Source of the DNA: Candidatus Eiseniibacteriota bacterium
GTDB taxonomy: Bacteria > Eisenbacteria > RBG-16-71-46 > CAZEPH01
DNA length: 54,864 nt
Assembly (NCBI GenBank): GCA_044229145.1
Contig: JBGATO010000020.1
Location: 1-54,864, forward strand
Reading direction: 5' to 3'
A model generated the notes under the pieces. That model ran no database searches. It was not told where the DNA came from and was given only the letters and a program-made list of their open reading frames with translations. Positions 1 to 9,907 of the stretch are shown here, piece after piece (the first letter of the stretch is position 1; each line of letters starts with the position of its first letter). A program made the position numbers and the translations under genes.

Positions 1-603
1 GAGTTGGCGACGCCCGAGGCGTTCGCCCGCGAACCCCGCCTCGGGTGGGAGTGGTACGACATGCGGCGCCGCGTGGTCTCCGGCGCCGCGCCGCACGCCC
101 GGCACGCGGCGCTGGTAGCGTGCGAGACGCGGCAGCGCACCGCGCACGGCGACGACGCCTTCACGCTCATCACGCAGAACGTCGATGGCCTGCATCAGCG
201 CGCTGGTTCGCGCGGCGTCCTCGAACTGCACGGCAGTCTGTGGCGCGTGCGCTGTGTCGAGTGCCGTCGCGAACGCGACGAACCGCGCGCACCGTTGCCG
301 GAACTGCCACCACGATGCGCCCGCTGCGGTGGCCTCGAACGTCCCGGCGTCGTGTGGTTCGGCGAGATGTTGCCGGAGGATGTCTTCGCCGCGGCGCTGG
401 ACGCGGTCGCGCGCTGCGACGTGCTGCTGGTGTGCGGCACCAGCGCGGTGGTGTATCCGGCGGCGGGATTGGTGACGGCGGCGCTGCGGGCCGGCGCCCG
501 CGTGATCGAGGTCAATCCGGACGCAACGCCGATGAGCGGCGACGTGACGCTCGCGCTGGCCGGAGCGGCGGGCGAGGTGTTGCCGGAAATCCTGCGCGGT
601 TAG
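1..603 (+). CDS. cobB: NAD-dependent protein deacylase, sirtuin class III (5' partial)
   Basis: TQNVDGLH, ELHGSL, Zn knuckles CVEC/CARC, RPGVVWFGE, GTSAVVYPAA, EVNP. WYDMR matches the YxxR desuccinylase signature. N-terminus lies outside the window. Confidence 0.93.
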   Translation, partial: ELATPEAFAREPRLGWEWYDMRRRVVSGAAPHARHAALVACETRQRTAHGDDAFTLITQNVDGLHQRAGSRGVLELHGSLWRVRCVECRRERDEPRAPLPELPPRCARCGGLERPGVVWFGEMLPEDVFAAALDAVARCDVLLVCGTSAVVYPAAGLVTAALRAGARVIEVNPDATPMSGDVTLALAGAAGEVLPEILRG

Positions 604-612
604 GCAGCGCGC

Positions 613-3600
613 CTACCGCACCAACGTCACCCGCTGCATCGCGAACGCGGCTTCCGATTCGACGCGCACCAGATACACGCCGCCGGGCACGCGCCGGCCG
701 CTCAGGTCGCGGCCGTCCCACACGAACGGGTTGTAGCCGGCCAAGAACGTGCGCGCCGGCCAAACCGCGATGCGCTGTCCCTTCGCGTTCCACACCGACA
801 CCACGCCGCGCGCGGCGCGCGGCATGCCGATGATGAATGTCGTCTTGTCGACGAACGGGTTGGGCACCGCCTCGGCGATCCGCAGCGAGGCGGGCGCCGG
901 CAAGAAGCGCACGTCGATGCCGGTGGCGTTCAGCGTCACCGTCACGTCGAAGCTCCGCGAGGTGACGCCGCCGTGGCCATCGTCGGCGGTCAGCGTGATG
1001 CCGCTGTAGCTGCCGGCGGCGCCGAGCATCGGCGTCCACGCGAACTCGCCGGTTACCGGGTCCACCACGGCGCCGAGCGGCAGGTTGCCGCCGGTCCAGG
1101 CCAGCGCATCGCCATCGCCGTCGCTGGCGGCGGGCGTGACGGTCAGCGTGCCGAGTTCGGTCACGATCTGCGGCGCGATCGCCGCGATCTCCGGCGCGCA
1201 GTTGGCGGCGGCGATGTTCAGGGCGACGGTGATCTGCGCCGCCGCGCCGCACGGATCGGCGGCCTGGAGCGTCGCGGTGTAGTCGCCGGCGGCGGTGCAG
1301 CCCGGCGTCCAGGTGCAGGCGCCGCTCGCCGCGTCGATCGCGAAGCCGGCCGGTGCCGACACCACCGAGTACGTCACGGCGTCGCCGTCGGCGTCACCCG
1401 CGGGGGCGCCGAAGGTCAGCTCGGCGCCCTCGAGCCCCGCCTGTGCCCCGAGCGTCGCGAACGCCGGCGCGTGGTTCGCCGGCAAAGCGTCCAGATGCGT
1501 GACGACCCGCGCCGTGAACGACGCCGTGGCCGCTGCCGCGTAGTCGAAGTAGAACGTGTTGTGCGCGCCGGCGCAGGTGGTCGCCGGGATCGCGAACGAC
1601 GGCGTGATCGCCACCGTCTCGCCGCCGGCCAGCGCCACGCGGCCGGTCATCGGGGCGAACCAGCCGAGGCTGTCGGTCAGCGTGTAGACGAGGCTGTCGG
1701 CGAACGGCGCCAGGTTGCGGGCGTGCCAGGCGAGCGACACGCTGGCCGCGCTCGCCACCGCGGTGTCGGCCTGCGCCACCGCGTCGACGCCGTTCTGGAC
1801 GCGCACCGTGTAGGCGTCCGGGCTGCCGCCGCGCGAGTCGGCGAACAGCGGATAGGTGCTGCGGCCGCTCGCCGCCGCCCACGAGTAGTCGCCGACGTTG
1901 GGCCGCGCCCGCGAGGCGATCTGCCACGGCGCCGCCGCGTCGCTGACCGCGACGTTGGGCGCCCAGGTCGCGCCGCCGTCGGTGGAGCGTGTCGCGTAGA
2001 TGGCGCTGCGCACGCCGGCCGCGCCGCCGTCGCGGCGGTCGTACCAGAACGCGTGCACCGTCGACAGCGAATCCACCGCCAGCATCGGGAACGCCTGGTC
2101 GTAGAGCGGCGCGTCGTCGTTGAGGCGCACCGGCGTGGACCACGCGGCGCCGTGCGTTCCGGTGCGCACCATCACGATGTCGCGGTGGTCGCGCGCCACC
2201 GTGCCGGCGGTCGCGGTCACCGTACGCAGGTCGAGCGTGTAGGTCCCGCTGCCGTTCGCCCCGGTGCTGGCGGCGTTGGCGCGGATCAGGACGTAATAGG
2301 TCTGGGTGGCCGGGAGCGTGATCCAGCCCTGCGGCGAGCCGCCGGCGCCGTAGCGCGTGTCGCACAGGATCGAGTCCGCGTTCGCCCCGTCGAGCAGCTG
2401 CACGCGGAGGTCGAGGCCGGCGCTGGGTGTCACCGTATACTTCACCATCTGTCCGGCGACACCGCTGAAGGCGAAGTAGTCGCTGTCCGGCAGCGCGCTC
2501 ACCGCCGACGCCACGGCGCCGCCGACCATCTGCGGCAGGCCGATCGCCTGGGCGCTGCCCGGCAGCGAGTTCGGCTCGCTCTCGTTGAGGACGCCGCCGG
2601 CCGGGCCGACGATCGGCACCGTGGCGTCGTGCCACGCCAAGTACACGCTGCCGCGGTTCGGCCCGTGGCTCCAGTCCACTGCGCAGGCCGGGAACTCGAA
2701 GAAGCCGTCCAGCCGGTTGAAGCCGGGCGCGCCGCTGTACCAGTTCTCGTGCACCGGCGAGATCACCTGCGAGGCGGCAAACGACACGCCGCCGTTGGTG
2801 CTGATCGCGCAGCGCAGTTCGCCGTTGAGAGAGGTCACGCCGAGGAAGTTCTCGTAGACGACGTAGACCTCGCCGTTGGTGCCCGCGAGCGGCAGCGCGC
2901 CGGTGGCGTCGCCGACGTTGTCTGGCTGGATGACCACCGGCGCCGACCACGTCGCCCCGAGGTCGGTCGAGCGCACGCACTCGATCTGCCCGGTGTTGCC
3001 GAAGCGGACGTACGCGCAGTAGAGCGCGCCCGTCGACGGATTGACCGCGATCAGCTCCTTGTCGAGGAACGCCGTGGTGGTGGACACCGCGGCCACCGGC
3101 AGCTGCCACACCGGTGCCTCGCCGACGAAGCGGCCGCGCGTGATCCCGATGGCGCTCGGGGTGAAAGTGCGGTTGGTGGGCGTGTAGTTCGGGAAGTAGA
3201 GGCTCGAGATGGTGAAGTTGCCGAGGCTGTCGACGACCACAGACGGGTCGCCGTACAGCTGTCCGGTGGCGCCGAGCGGCAAGGAACCGCCGTCCGTCCA
3301 CGTTTCGCCACCGTCCGTCGAGTAGGCCACGCCGCTGATGGTGGTCGGCGGTAGATTGAAGCCCTTCGAGTCGTTGAAGACGGCGACGGCGAAGCGGCCC
3401 CAGACGGCGATGCTGGTCTCGGACTGCGTCTCGTTGCCGGCGTCGCCGGACGGGTCGTTCACCCGGACGATGGGCGAGAGGCCCGGCGCGGCGGCGGTCA
3501 CCGGGCGGCGCGGCTGGAACTTCGCCGGCAGTGGCGCCTCGGCTTCTTCGACATCGGATTCGTCGTGGTCTTCGCCCGGCTTGCCGCATTCGGCTTGGGC

Positions 3601-3846
3601 GAGGACGTCGTCCCACTCGGCCGGCAGGGTGGCCTCCCGTTCACGGGCCCACTCGGCGAAGGCACGGCGGGCGTCGGAGGACACGGCGCGGGGATGGGGC
3701 AGGGCGAAGGCCGGAGCGGCCAGCACGCAGGCGAGGGCGGCGAGTGCCCAGGGGCACACGCGGCGGGTGGCGGAACGCGGGGAGGCATCCAGGGCGGACG
3801 GGTGGATCGGGGTCGGGTCCGCGGACGTCGTCGACAGGGCTCGCAC
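613..3846 (-). CDS. Secreted BNR/Asp-box (sialidase-like) beta-propeller protein with PPC-like insert, Ig/cadherin-like repeats and FlgD-Ig/T9SS-like C-terminal domain
   Basis: Signal-like ALAALACVLAAPAFA; Asp-boxes STDGGETW, STDLGATW, STNGGVSF, STDGGATW; ESEPN...DSDYFAF PPC-like domain; NHAP/NCAP Ig repeats with DADGD/DGDGD; C-terminal PNPF...WDGRDLSGRRVPGGVYLVRV. GTG 3846 chosen from promoter position. Confidence 0.8.
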   Translation of the reverse strand: MRALSTTSADPTPIHPSALDASPRSATRRVCPWALAALACVLAAPAFALPHPRAVSSDARRAFAEWAREREATLPAEWDDVLAQAECGKPGEDHDESDVEEAEAPLPAKFQPRRPVTAAAPGLSPIVRVNDPSGDAGNETQSETSIAVWGRFAVAVFNDSKGFNLPPTTISGVAYSTDGGETWTDGGSLPLGATGQLYGDPSVVVDSLGNFTISSLYFPNYTPTNRTFTPSAIGITRGRFVGEAPVWQLPVAAVSTTTAFLDKELIAVNPSTGALYCAYVRFGNTGQIECVRSTDLGATWSAPVVIQPDNVGDATGALPLAGTNGEVYVVYENFLGVTSLNGELRCAISTNGGVSFAASQVISPVHENWYSGAPGFNRLDGFFEFPACAVDWSHGPNRGSVYLAWHDATVPIVGPAGGVLNESEPNSLPGSAQAIGLPQMVGGAVASAVSALPDSDYFAFSGVAGQMVKYTVTPSAGLDLRVQLLDGANADSILCDTRYGAGGSPQGWITLPATQTYYVLIRANAASTGANGSGTYTLDLRTVTATAGTVARDHRDIVMVRTGTHGAAWSTPVRLNDDAPLYDQAFPMLAVDSLSTVHAFWYDRRDGGAAGVRSAIYATRSTDGGATWAPNVAVSDAAAPWQIASRARPNVGDYSWAAASGRSTYPLFADSRGGSPDAYTVRVQNGVDAVAQADTAVASAASVSLAWHARNLAPFADSLVYTLTDSLGWFAPMTGRVALAGGETVAITPSFAIPATTCAGAHNTFYFDYAAAATASFTARVVTHLDALPANHAPAFATLGAQAGLEGAELTFGAPAGDADGDAVTYSVVSAPAGFAIDAASGACTWTPGCTAAGDYTATLQAADPCGAAAQITVALNIAAANCAPEIAAIAPQIVTELGTLTVTPAASDGDGDALAWTGGNLPLGAVVDPVTGEFAWTPMLGAAGSYSGITLTADDGHGGVTSRSFDVTVTLNATGIDVRFLPAPASLRIAEAVPNPFVDKTTFIIGMPRAARGVVSVWNAKGQRIAVWPARTFLAGYNPFVWDGRDLSGRRVPGGVYLVRVESEAAFAMQRVTLVR

Positions 3847-3852
3847 GTCCCC

Positions 3853-3882
3853 ATTATGCCCGCCGCGCCGGGCCGGCGGCAA
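3853..3882 (-). promoter_or_regulatory. sigma70-type promoter, probably leaderless
   Basis: TTGCCG-N18-CATAAT, 6 nt before GTG 3846. Confidence 0.5.
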
Positions 3883-3963
3883 TCCGGCCCGGCGTGGATG
3901 GGTGGGATGGCTCCGGGCTCCACGGCCGAGCTGGATCGGCCCGCCGGCCCGCCGTCGCCGGAA

Positions 3964-3993
3964 TTGCCCCGCCGCAACCGGCTCGGGTATGCT
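3964..3993 (+). promoter_or_regulatory. sigma70-type promoter
   Basis: TTGCCC-N18-TATGCT, followed by SD GAGGAGG at 4021 and ATG 4034. Confidence 0.5.
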
Positions 3994-4033
3994 CTCCGCC
4001 TTCGTGGCAGGGCTCGGTTCGAGGAGGACGGCA

Positions 4034-4462
4034 ATGACGATGCGGGGTTCACGTGCGGCTCTGTGGCTTGCGGGCGTGGCGGTGGCGATCGTGGCGGGCG
4101 GCACGGTGGTGCGGGCGCCGCGGGCCCACGCCCAGTCGGCGGCCCTGGCGCAGGGTGCACAGCCCGACTCCAACGTCCAGCTCATGAGCTCGCCGCCGGT
4201 CGTCCGCCCGGAGGATGTCCCCCGGATCGCGCGGAAGGGCGGCAATCCCAACGCCCCGATGGCGCGGCGCGGCCGCAAGGCGAAGATGATCGGGCACCTG
4301 ATGAGCCTGCTGACTCTGGTTGGTGCGGCGGGTGCCGTGTACGCCTACAAGCAGATCCAGGAGATGCGCGCGGCTCACGCCCGGCTCCAGGACACCATCG
4401 CCGGACAGGCCCGCCAGCTGGCCGAGATCAAGGCGATGCTCGAACGGTCGCCGCGCGGCTAG
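4034..4462 (+). CDS. Hypothetical exported/membrane protein with C-terminal coiled coil (142 aa)
   Basis: Strong SD; signal-like N-terminus ending AHA-Q; basic patch, hydrophobic helix LMSLLTLVGAAGAVYAY, then heptad helix; GC3-rich codons. Confidence 0.75.
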   Translation: MTMRGSRAALWLAGVAVAIVAGGTVVRAPRAHAQSAALAQGAQPDSNVQLMSSPPVVRPEDVPRIARKGGNPNAPMARRGRKAKMIGHLMSLLTLVGAAGAVYAYKQIQEMRAAHARLQDTIAGQARQLAEIKAMLERSPRG

Positions 4463-4561
4463 TCCGCCGGCGCTCCCAACCTTGAATTCGCACGATGTCC
4501 CGCGCCGGCGGTGCCGGCGGGCCGGGGCGCACCTCGTTCCCGTGGAGTCTCGCATCGCGTC

Positions 4562-5767
4562 ATGTCCTCACCACCGCCGGATCTGAACAGTCTGCGCATC
4601 AACCGCGACACCACCTCCTCGCGTGAGGGCGGCGGCTCGCACAAGCTGTTGTGGACGATCATCGTGCTCGTCGTCGTCGTGGCCGCCGTGGCGGCCGGCC
4701 TGGCGGCGTTCCGCAGCCGTCCGCTCACCGTCGAAACCGCGGTGGTCGCCGCTGGCGGCAGTGGCGGATCGAGCGTCGCCGGGGCGATCAGCGCCAACGG
4801 CTACGTGGTCGCCCGCACCAAGGCGTCGGTGGCGCCCAAGGTCGGCGGGCGCCTGGCGGAGTTGAATGTCTCCGAGGGTTCGCGGGTGCGGCGCGGCGAG
4901 GTGCTCGCTCGGCTCGAGAACGCCGACTACGAGGCGGCGCTGGCGGCGGCGCAGGCTGCCGTGCTGCAGGTGAAGGCGAACCTCGCCAACGCCCGCGCCC
5001 AGCTCGCGCGGACCGAGGCGCTCGCCAAGCAGGATCTGGTGTCGCAGCAGGAACTCGACGCCGCGCGCACCGCGGTCGAGGCGCAGGCCGCGGCGCAAAA
5101 GGTGGCCGAGGCGCAGGTCGGCGTGGCGAAGGCGACGCTCGAGAACACCTTCGTCCGCGCGCCGTTCGACGGCACCGTGCTGCGCAAGGACGCCGAACTC
5201 GGCGAGATCGTCGCGCCGTCGATGGGCGGCGGCGGCCTCACCCGCACCTCGATCGTCACCATGGCGGATCTCGCGACGCTCGAGGTCGAGGTCGACGTCA
5301 ACGAGGCGTACATCGCGCAGGTGCGCAACGGCCAGGAGGCGCGCATCACGCTGGACGCGTATCCCGACACCTCGTTCGCCGGCCGCGTGCGCCAAGTGGT
5401 GCCGACCGCCGACCGCGAGAAGGCGACGGTGCAGGTCAAGGTGTCGATCCTCGACCGCGACCCGCGCATCCTGCCGGAGATGGGCGCGCAGGTGCAGTTC
5501 ATCCCGGCGAAGGCGGGCAGCACGCAGACGGCCGCCGCGGCGCCGCGCATCAGCGTGCCGCAGAGCGCCGTGGTCCACACCGCGAACGCGACGTTCGTGT
5601 GGCTGGTGGACGCGGGCGTGGCGCGGCAGCACCCGGTCACGCTCGGCAGCGAGCGCGGCGACAAGGTCGATGTGAAGAGCGGGCTCAGCGGCGGCGAGAC
5701 GGTGATCGTGTCGCCCCCGGCCGCGCTGAAGGACGGCGCCAAGGTCAAGACCGGCGCCCCGTCGTAG
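4562..5767 (+). CDS. Efflux periplasmic adaptor subunit (MacA/HlyD family)
   Basis: N-terminal TM, SANGYVVAR, lipoyl-like GGRLAELNVSEGSRV, helical hairpin, RAPFDGTV, EVDVNE, PTADREKATV. Confidence 0.93.
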   Translation: MSSPPPDLNSLRINRDTTSSREGGGSHKLLWTIIVLVVVVAAVAAGLAAFRSRPLTVETAVVAAGGSGGSSVAGAISANGYVVARTKASVAPKVGGRLAELNVSEGSRVRRGEVLARLENADYEAALAAAQAAVLQVKANLANARAQLARTEALAKQDLVSQQELDAARTAVEAQAAAQKVAEAQVGVAKATLENTFVRAPFDGTVLRKDAELGEIVAPSMGGGGLTRTSIVTMADLATLEVEVDVNEAYIAQVRNGQEARITLDAYPDTSFAGRVRQVVPTADREKATVQVKVSILDRDPRILPEMGAQVQFIPAKAGSTQTAAAAPRISVPQSAVVHTANATFVWLVDAGVARQHPVTLGSERGDKVDVKSGLSGGETVIVSPPAALKDGAKVKTGAPS

Positions 5768-5814
5768 AGATCGCAGCAGTCCACGAATCACGGGAAGATT
5801 CCGAGGAGGCGCGC

Positions 5815-6522
5815 ATGGCGTCCGTCATCGTCCGCAACGTCAGCAAGACCTACAAGCGCGACACCCAGTCGGTGCCGGTCTTGCGCAACATCTCGCTGAC
5901 CATCGACGAAGGCGATTTCGTCGCCCTCATGGGGCCGTCGGGGTCGGGCAAGACGACGCTGCTCAACTTGATCGGCGGCATCGACCAGCCGACTGGCGGC
6001 GACGTCATCGTCGGCGGCGAGGGCATCGCCGCGCTCAACCAGAAGCAGCTGGCGAAGTGGCGCTCGCGCAACATCGGCTACATCTTCCAGCTCTACAACC
6101 TGATCCCGGTGCTCACCGCGGTGCAGAACGTGGAGCTGCCGCTGTTGCTCGAGAAGATGTCGTCGAAGGAGCGCCGGCAGCGCGCCGAGTTCGCGCTCAG
6201 CATCGTCGGCCTGAGCGATCGCCTGTCGCACTATCCGCGGCAGCTCTCCGGCGGCCAGGAGCAGCGGGTGGCGATCGCGCGAGCGCTGGTCAGCGATCCC
6301 AAGCTGCTGCTCGCCGACGAACCGACCGGTGACCTCGACCGCGTCTCCGGCGAGGAAATCCTGAATCTCCTCCAGCGGCTCAATCAGGAGTTCAAGAAGA
6401 CGATCGTCATGGTGACGCACGACCCGCACGCCGCGGAGCGCGCGCACCGCCTGATCCACCTCGACAAGGGCGATCTCACCGACGAGCAGCCGGGCGGCGG
6501 CGCGCCGTCGGCCGGCCAGTAG
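5815..6522 (+). CDS. ABC transporter ATP-binding protein (MacB/LolD family)
   Basis: Walker [41 protein letters not shown]. Confidence 0.96.
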   Translation: MASVIVRNVSKTYKRDTQSVPVLRNISLTIDEGDFVALMGPSGSGKTTLLNLIGGIDQPTGGDVIVGGEGIAALNQKQLAKWRSRNIGYIFQLYNLIPVLTAVQNVELPLLLEKMSSKERRQRAEFALSIVGLSDRLSHYPRQLSGGQEQRVAIARALVSDPKLLLADEPTGDLDRVSGEEILNLLQRLNQEFKKTIVMVTHDPHAAERAHRLIHLDKGDLTDEQPGGGAPSAGQ

Positions 6523-6530
6523 GAGGGGCG

Positions 6531-7721
6531 ATGAACGCATTCTCCTTGGTGCTGGTCAACCTGCTGCGCAACAAGCTGCGCACCATCCTCACGACGTTGA
6601 GCGTGGTGGTGGCGCTGTTCTTGTTCTGCTCGCTGCAGGGCGTGCTCGACACGCTGCAGGACGCGATCAAGGTCGGCAGCGAGACGCGGCTGGTGGTGCG
6701 CAATAACATCTCGCTGGTGTTCCCGCTGCCGCTCTCGTACTTCGAGCGCCTGAAGTCGGTGCAGGACGTCGATGCGGTGACCTACTCGAACTGGTTCGGC
6801 GGGCAGTGGCCGGCCGACAAGCGGATGTTCTTCGCGCAGTTCGCGGTGGACGCGCCGACGTACTTCCCGATGTACACGAAGGAGTTCGAGATCTCGCAGG
6901 GCGACACGTCGATTCCCGGCGGCGCGGTGCCGCAGGGCGTCGATCCCAAGCTCGCCGCGTTCATGGCGGATCAGCAGGGCTGCGTAGTCGGCGAGAAGTT
7001 GATGCAGAAGATGGGGTGGAAGCTCGGGCAGCAGATTACGCTCGCCGGCACCATCTTCCCGGGCGACTGGCCGTTCACCATCCGCGCCGTGTATCGCGCC
7101 AAGAGCAAGACGTTCAGCGCCGACGCGATGCTGTTCCACTGGAAGTACCTGCAGCAGCGCGGCGGCAATAACCAAGTCGGCACCTACACGCTGCACTTGC
7201 GGACGCCGGAGCACGCGAGCCAAGTCGCGCGCGTGGTGGACGCGATGTACGAGAACTCCGCCGCCGCGACGCGCACCGAAACCGAACGCGCGTTCCAGGC
7301 CGGCTTCATCTCGATGTACGGCAACATTCCGTTCGCCATCGGCTTCTTGGGCTACGCGATCGCTTTCGCGATCCTTTCGGTGGCGGCGAACACGATGATG
7401 ATGGCAGTGCGCGAGCGCACCAACGAACTCGCGGTGCTCAAGACGCTCGGCTTCCTCGACGGCGACATCTTCCGCATGGTGGTGTGGGAAGGCGCGATCA
7501 TCACCGTCGGCGGCGGGCTCGTCGGCGCGCTGGTGGCGAAGTTTACGCTCGACGCGATCGGGTTCGACGCCGGCGGCGCGCTGCCGCCGATCCGCGTGCA
7601 CTGGTCGACGGTCGGCGTCGGCGTCGTGGTGGCGCTGGTGATGGGCATCGCGTCCGGCGTGGTGCCGGCGTGGAATGCCTCGCGGTTGCGGATCGTCGAC
7701 GCGCTGCGGCGCGTCAACTAG
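6531..7721 (+). CDS. ABC transporter permease (MacB/FtsX family)
   Basis: RNKLRTILT + TM1, periplasmic domain, NTMMMAVRERTNELAVLKTLGF, PAWNASRLRIVDALR. Confidence 0.93.
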   Translation: MNAFSLVLVNLLRNKLRTILTTLSVVVALFLFCSLQGVLDTLQDAIKVGSETRLVVRNNISLVFPLPLSYFERLKSVQDVDAVTYSNWFGGQWPADKRMFFAQFAVDAPTYFPMYTKEFEISQGDTSIPGGAVPQGVDPKLAAFMADQQGCVVGEKLMQKMGWKLGQQITLAGTIFPGDWPFTIRAVYRAKSKTFSADAMLFHWKYLQQRGGNNQVGTYTLHLRTPEHASQVARVVDAMYENSAAATRTETERAFQAGFISMYGNIPFAIGFLGYAIAFAILSVAANTMMMAVRERTNELAVLKTLGFLDGDIFRMVVWEGAIITVGGGLVGALVAKFTLDAIGFDAGGALPPIRVHWSTVGVGVVVALVMGIASGVVPAWNASRLRIVDALRRVN

Positions 7722-7735
7722 GGAGGAGGCGAACG

Positions 7736-9085
7736 ATGCGGATTCTCAAGGCGATTCTCCTCCTGGTGCTCGCGCTCGCGGGCTTCGGCATGGCGTTCGG
7801 CTCGCTCAAGGCGGTGATGGGCGGCACGATGCCCGCGGTGGCCGGCGTGGTGATCGGCGCCGCGCTGTTCGCGTTCGCCGCGTTCAAGTTCGTGCTCGTG
7901 GTGTTGCAGCGCGACGACGCGCCGGTGCCGCTCGTCTACAGCGTGCAGGGCATTCGCAACCGGCCGGCGTCGACGGTCGCGACGATGGTCGGCATCGCGC
8001 TCGTGGTGGCGATCTTCGTCGGCGCGCTGGCGATGGCGAACGGCTTCCGGCAAGCGTTGGTCGCCACCGGCTCGAAGGCGAACGTCATCGTGCTGCGCAA
8101 GGGCGCGGACAGCGAGCTGTCGTCGGGCATCAGTCTCGAACGCGCGGCGATCATCCGCGCGCTCGACGAAATCGTGGTGGGTGGCGGCGGACAGAAGCTG
8201 GTGAGTGCCGAAGTCGTCGTCAACACCAACAAGCCGCGCCTCGGTCAGGCCGGCTCGTCGAACGTCAACGTGCGCGGCATCGACCAGAGCGGACTCGCGC
8301 TGCGCGACGGCGTGAAGATCGTCGACGGGCGCATGTTCACGCCGGGCGCTGGCGAGGTGATCGTCGGCAAGCGGATCGCTGGACGGTTCGCCAACTGCCG
8401 CGTCGGCGACACGATTCGCTTCGGCACGCGTGACGTGAAGGTCGTCGGGCAGTTCAGCGCGCGCGGCTCGGCGTTCGAGTCGGAGATCTGGGGCGACAAC
8501 AAGGTGCTGATGCCGCTGTTCCGCGGCGAGGTTTATCAGAGCATCACGTTCCGCGTGAAGGATCCGTCGGTGTTCGCCGCGCTCAAGACGCGCTTGGAGA
8601 AGGACCCGCGGCTCGGCGTCGACGTCAAGCGCGAGGACCAGTTCTACGCCGATCAGGCCACCGGCCTCACGACGGCGCTGCGCTTCGTCGGCATCTTCAT
8701 CTCGCTGGTGATGGCGGTGGGCGCGATCTTCTCGGCGATGAACACGATGTTCGCGGCGGTGGGCGCGCGCACGCGCGAGATTGCCGTGTTGCTCACGCTC
8801 GGCTTCACGCCGGGCGCGGTGCGCAACGCGTTCCTGCTCGAGTCGGTGCTGTTGTCGCTGCTCGGCGGCGTGCTCGGCTGCGTGCTGACGTTGCCGATGA
8901 GCGGCCTCACGACCTCGACGACGAACTGGTCGTCTTTCAGCGAGGTCGCGTTCTCGTTCGCGGTGACGCCCGGCGTGATGTTGCTCGGGTTGGTGTTTGC
9001 CGCGTTCATGGGTGTGGTCGGCGGACTGCTGCCGGCGATGAGCGCGTCGCGCAAGCAACTCGCGTCCGCGCTGCGCGGGGCGTAG
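7736..9085 (+). CDS. ABC transporter permease (MacB/FtsX family), second subunit
   Basis: NTMFAAVGARTREIAVLLTLGF, LPAMSASR; SD GGAGG; extra N-terminal hydrophobic segment. Confidence 0.92.
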   Translation: MRILKAILLLVLALAGFGMAFGSLKAVMGGTMPAVAGVVIGAALFAFAAFKFVLVVLQRDDAPVPLVYSVQGIRNRPASTVATMVGIALVVAIFVGALAMANGFRQALVATGSKANVIVLRKGADSELSSGISLERAAIIRALDEIVVGGGGQKLVSAEVVVNTNKPRLGQAGSSNVNVRGIDQSGLALRDGVKIVDGRMFTPGAGEVIVGKRIAGRFANCRVGDTIRFGTRDVKVVGQFSARGSAFESEIWGDNKVLMPLFRGEVYQSITFRVKDPSVFAALKTRLEKDPRLGVDVKREDQFYADQATGLTTALRFVGIFISLVMAVGAIFSAMNTMFAAVGARTREIAVLLTLGFTPGAVRNAFLLESVLLSLLGGVLGCVLTLPMSGLTTSTTNWSSFSEVAFSFAVTPGVMLLGLVFAAFMGVVGGLLPAMSASRKQLASALRGA

Positions 9086-9096
9086 TCAGGGAGACG

Positions 9097-9699
9097 ATGA
9101 TGAAGATTCTCGTGGTGGGCGCGACTGGGACGATCGGCAGTGCGGTGGCGGATGCGCTGGCGGCGCGGCACGAGGTGGTGCGCGCCGGGTACAGCAAGGC
9201 GCCGGTGCGCGTCGACCTCGCCGATGCCGCGTCGATCCGCGCGATGTATGATGCGGTCGGGCCGGTGGACGCGGTGGTGAGCGCGGCGGGGCAGGCGGCG
9301 TTCGCGCCGCTCGGCGAGTTGACCGACGAGCAGTACGAGCTCTGCCTGCGCAACAAGTTGATGGGCCAGGTGAACTTGGTGCGGCTCGGCACGGAGCGCG
9401 TCGCCGACGGCGGTTCGTTCACGCTGACCAGCGGCATCCTCGCGCGCCGCCCGATGGCCGGCGGCGCGGCGATCAGCATGATCAACTCCGGCGTCGAAGG
9501 CTTCGCGCGCGGCGCGGCGATCGAGCTGCCGCGCGGCCAGCGCATCAACGCCGTGGCGCCCGGCTGGGTGCGCGAGACGCTGATCGCGATGCAGATGGAT
9601 CCGAGTTGGGGCATTCCGTCGGCGGAGGTGGCGCAGGCCTACGTGCGGGCCGTCGAAGGGGCGATGAGCGGGGAGACGATCGACGCGGTGGCGCCGTAG
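9097..9699 (+). CDS. Short-chain dehydrogenase/reductase (atypical SDR)
   Basis: GATGTIG Rossmann motif, NKLMGQVN, TSG, RINAVAPGWV; no YxxxK motif. Confidence 0.9.
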   Translation: MMKILVVGATGTIGSAVADALAARHEVVRAGYSKAPVRVDLADAASIRAMYDAVGPVDAVVSAAGQAAFAPLGELTDEQYELCLRNKLMGQVNLVRLGTERVADGGSFTLTSGILARRPMAGGAAISMINSGVEGFARGAAIELPRGQRINAVAPGWVRETLIAMQMDPSWGIPSAEVAQAYVRAVEGAMSGETIDAVAP

Positions 9700-9907
9700 G
9701 GCCGCTCATTCGAGAAAGTCGACGGCCTCTCGTCATCGTCTGCGGCCGCACTGGACTCCAAGCTGGGGCAATCATCCCACGAGAGTAGTAGCCCCAACAG
9801 TTGTCGCAGGATAGCATGGTAAACGAGGGCGTGCCGCCCTAGAGCGGATTGCCCTGCCGACGTTGGACGCGCCCGTGCGTCTGCGTGCCGCCACCCGCAG
9901 AGTTGCC

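Noticed and set aside
1..603. Sir2 anti-phage defence gene
   Set aside because: Canonical zinc-binding CobB-type deacylase with no defence partner genes visible.
973..3354. Long antisense and alternative-frame ORFs (e.g. 973-3354, 41912-44386, 52429-54855)
   Set aside because: Arg/Ala/Gly-rich shadows of real genes caused by high GC3; no motifs or RBS.
3847..4278. N-terminal extensions in the ORF track (e.g. starts 4278, 22681, 26891, 46420, 18199)
   Set aside because: They overlap other genes or promoters; downstream starts have SD, coupling or signal peptides.
9740..9860. Riboswitch upstream of the propeller gene
   Set aside because: Short stems exist (AGGGCG/CGCCCT, GGGCAATC/GATTGCCC) but no recognisable aptamer consensus.
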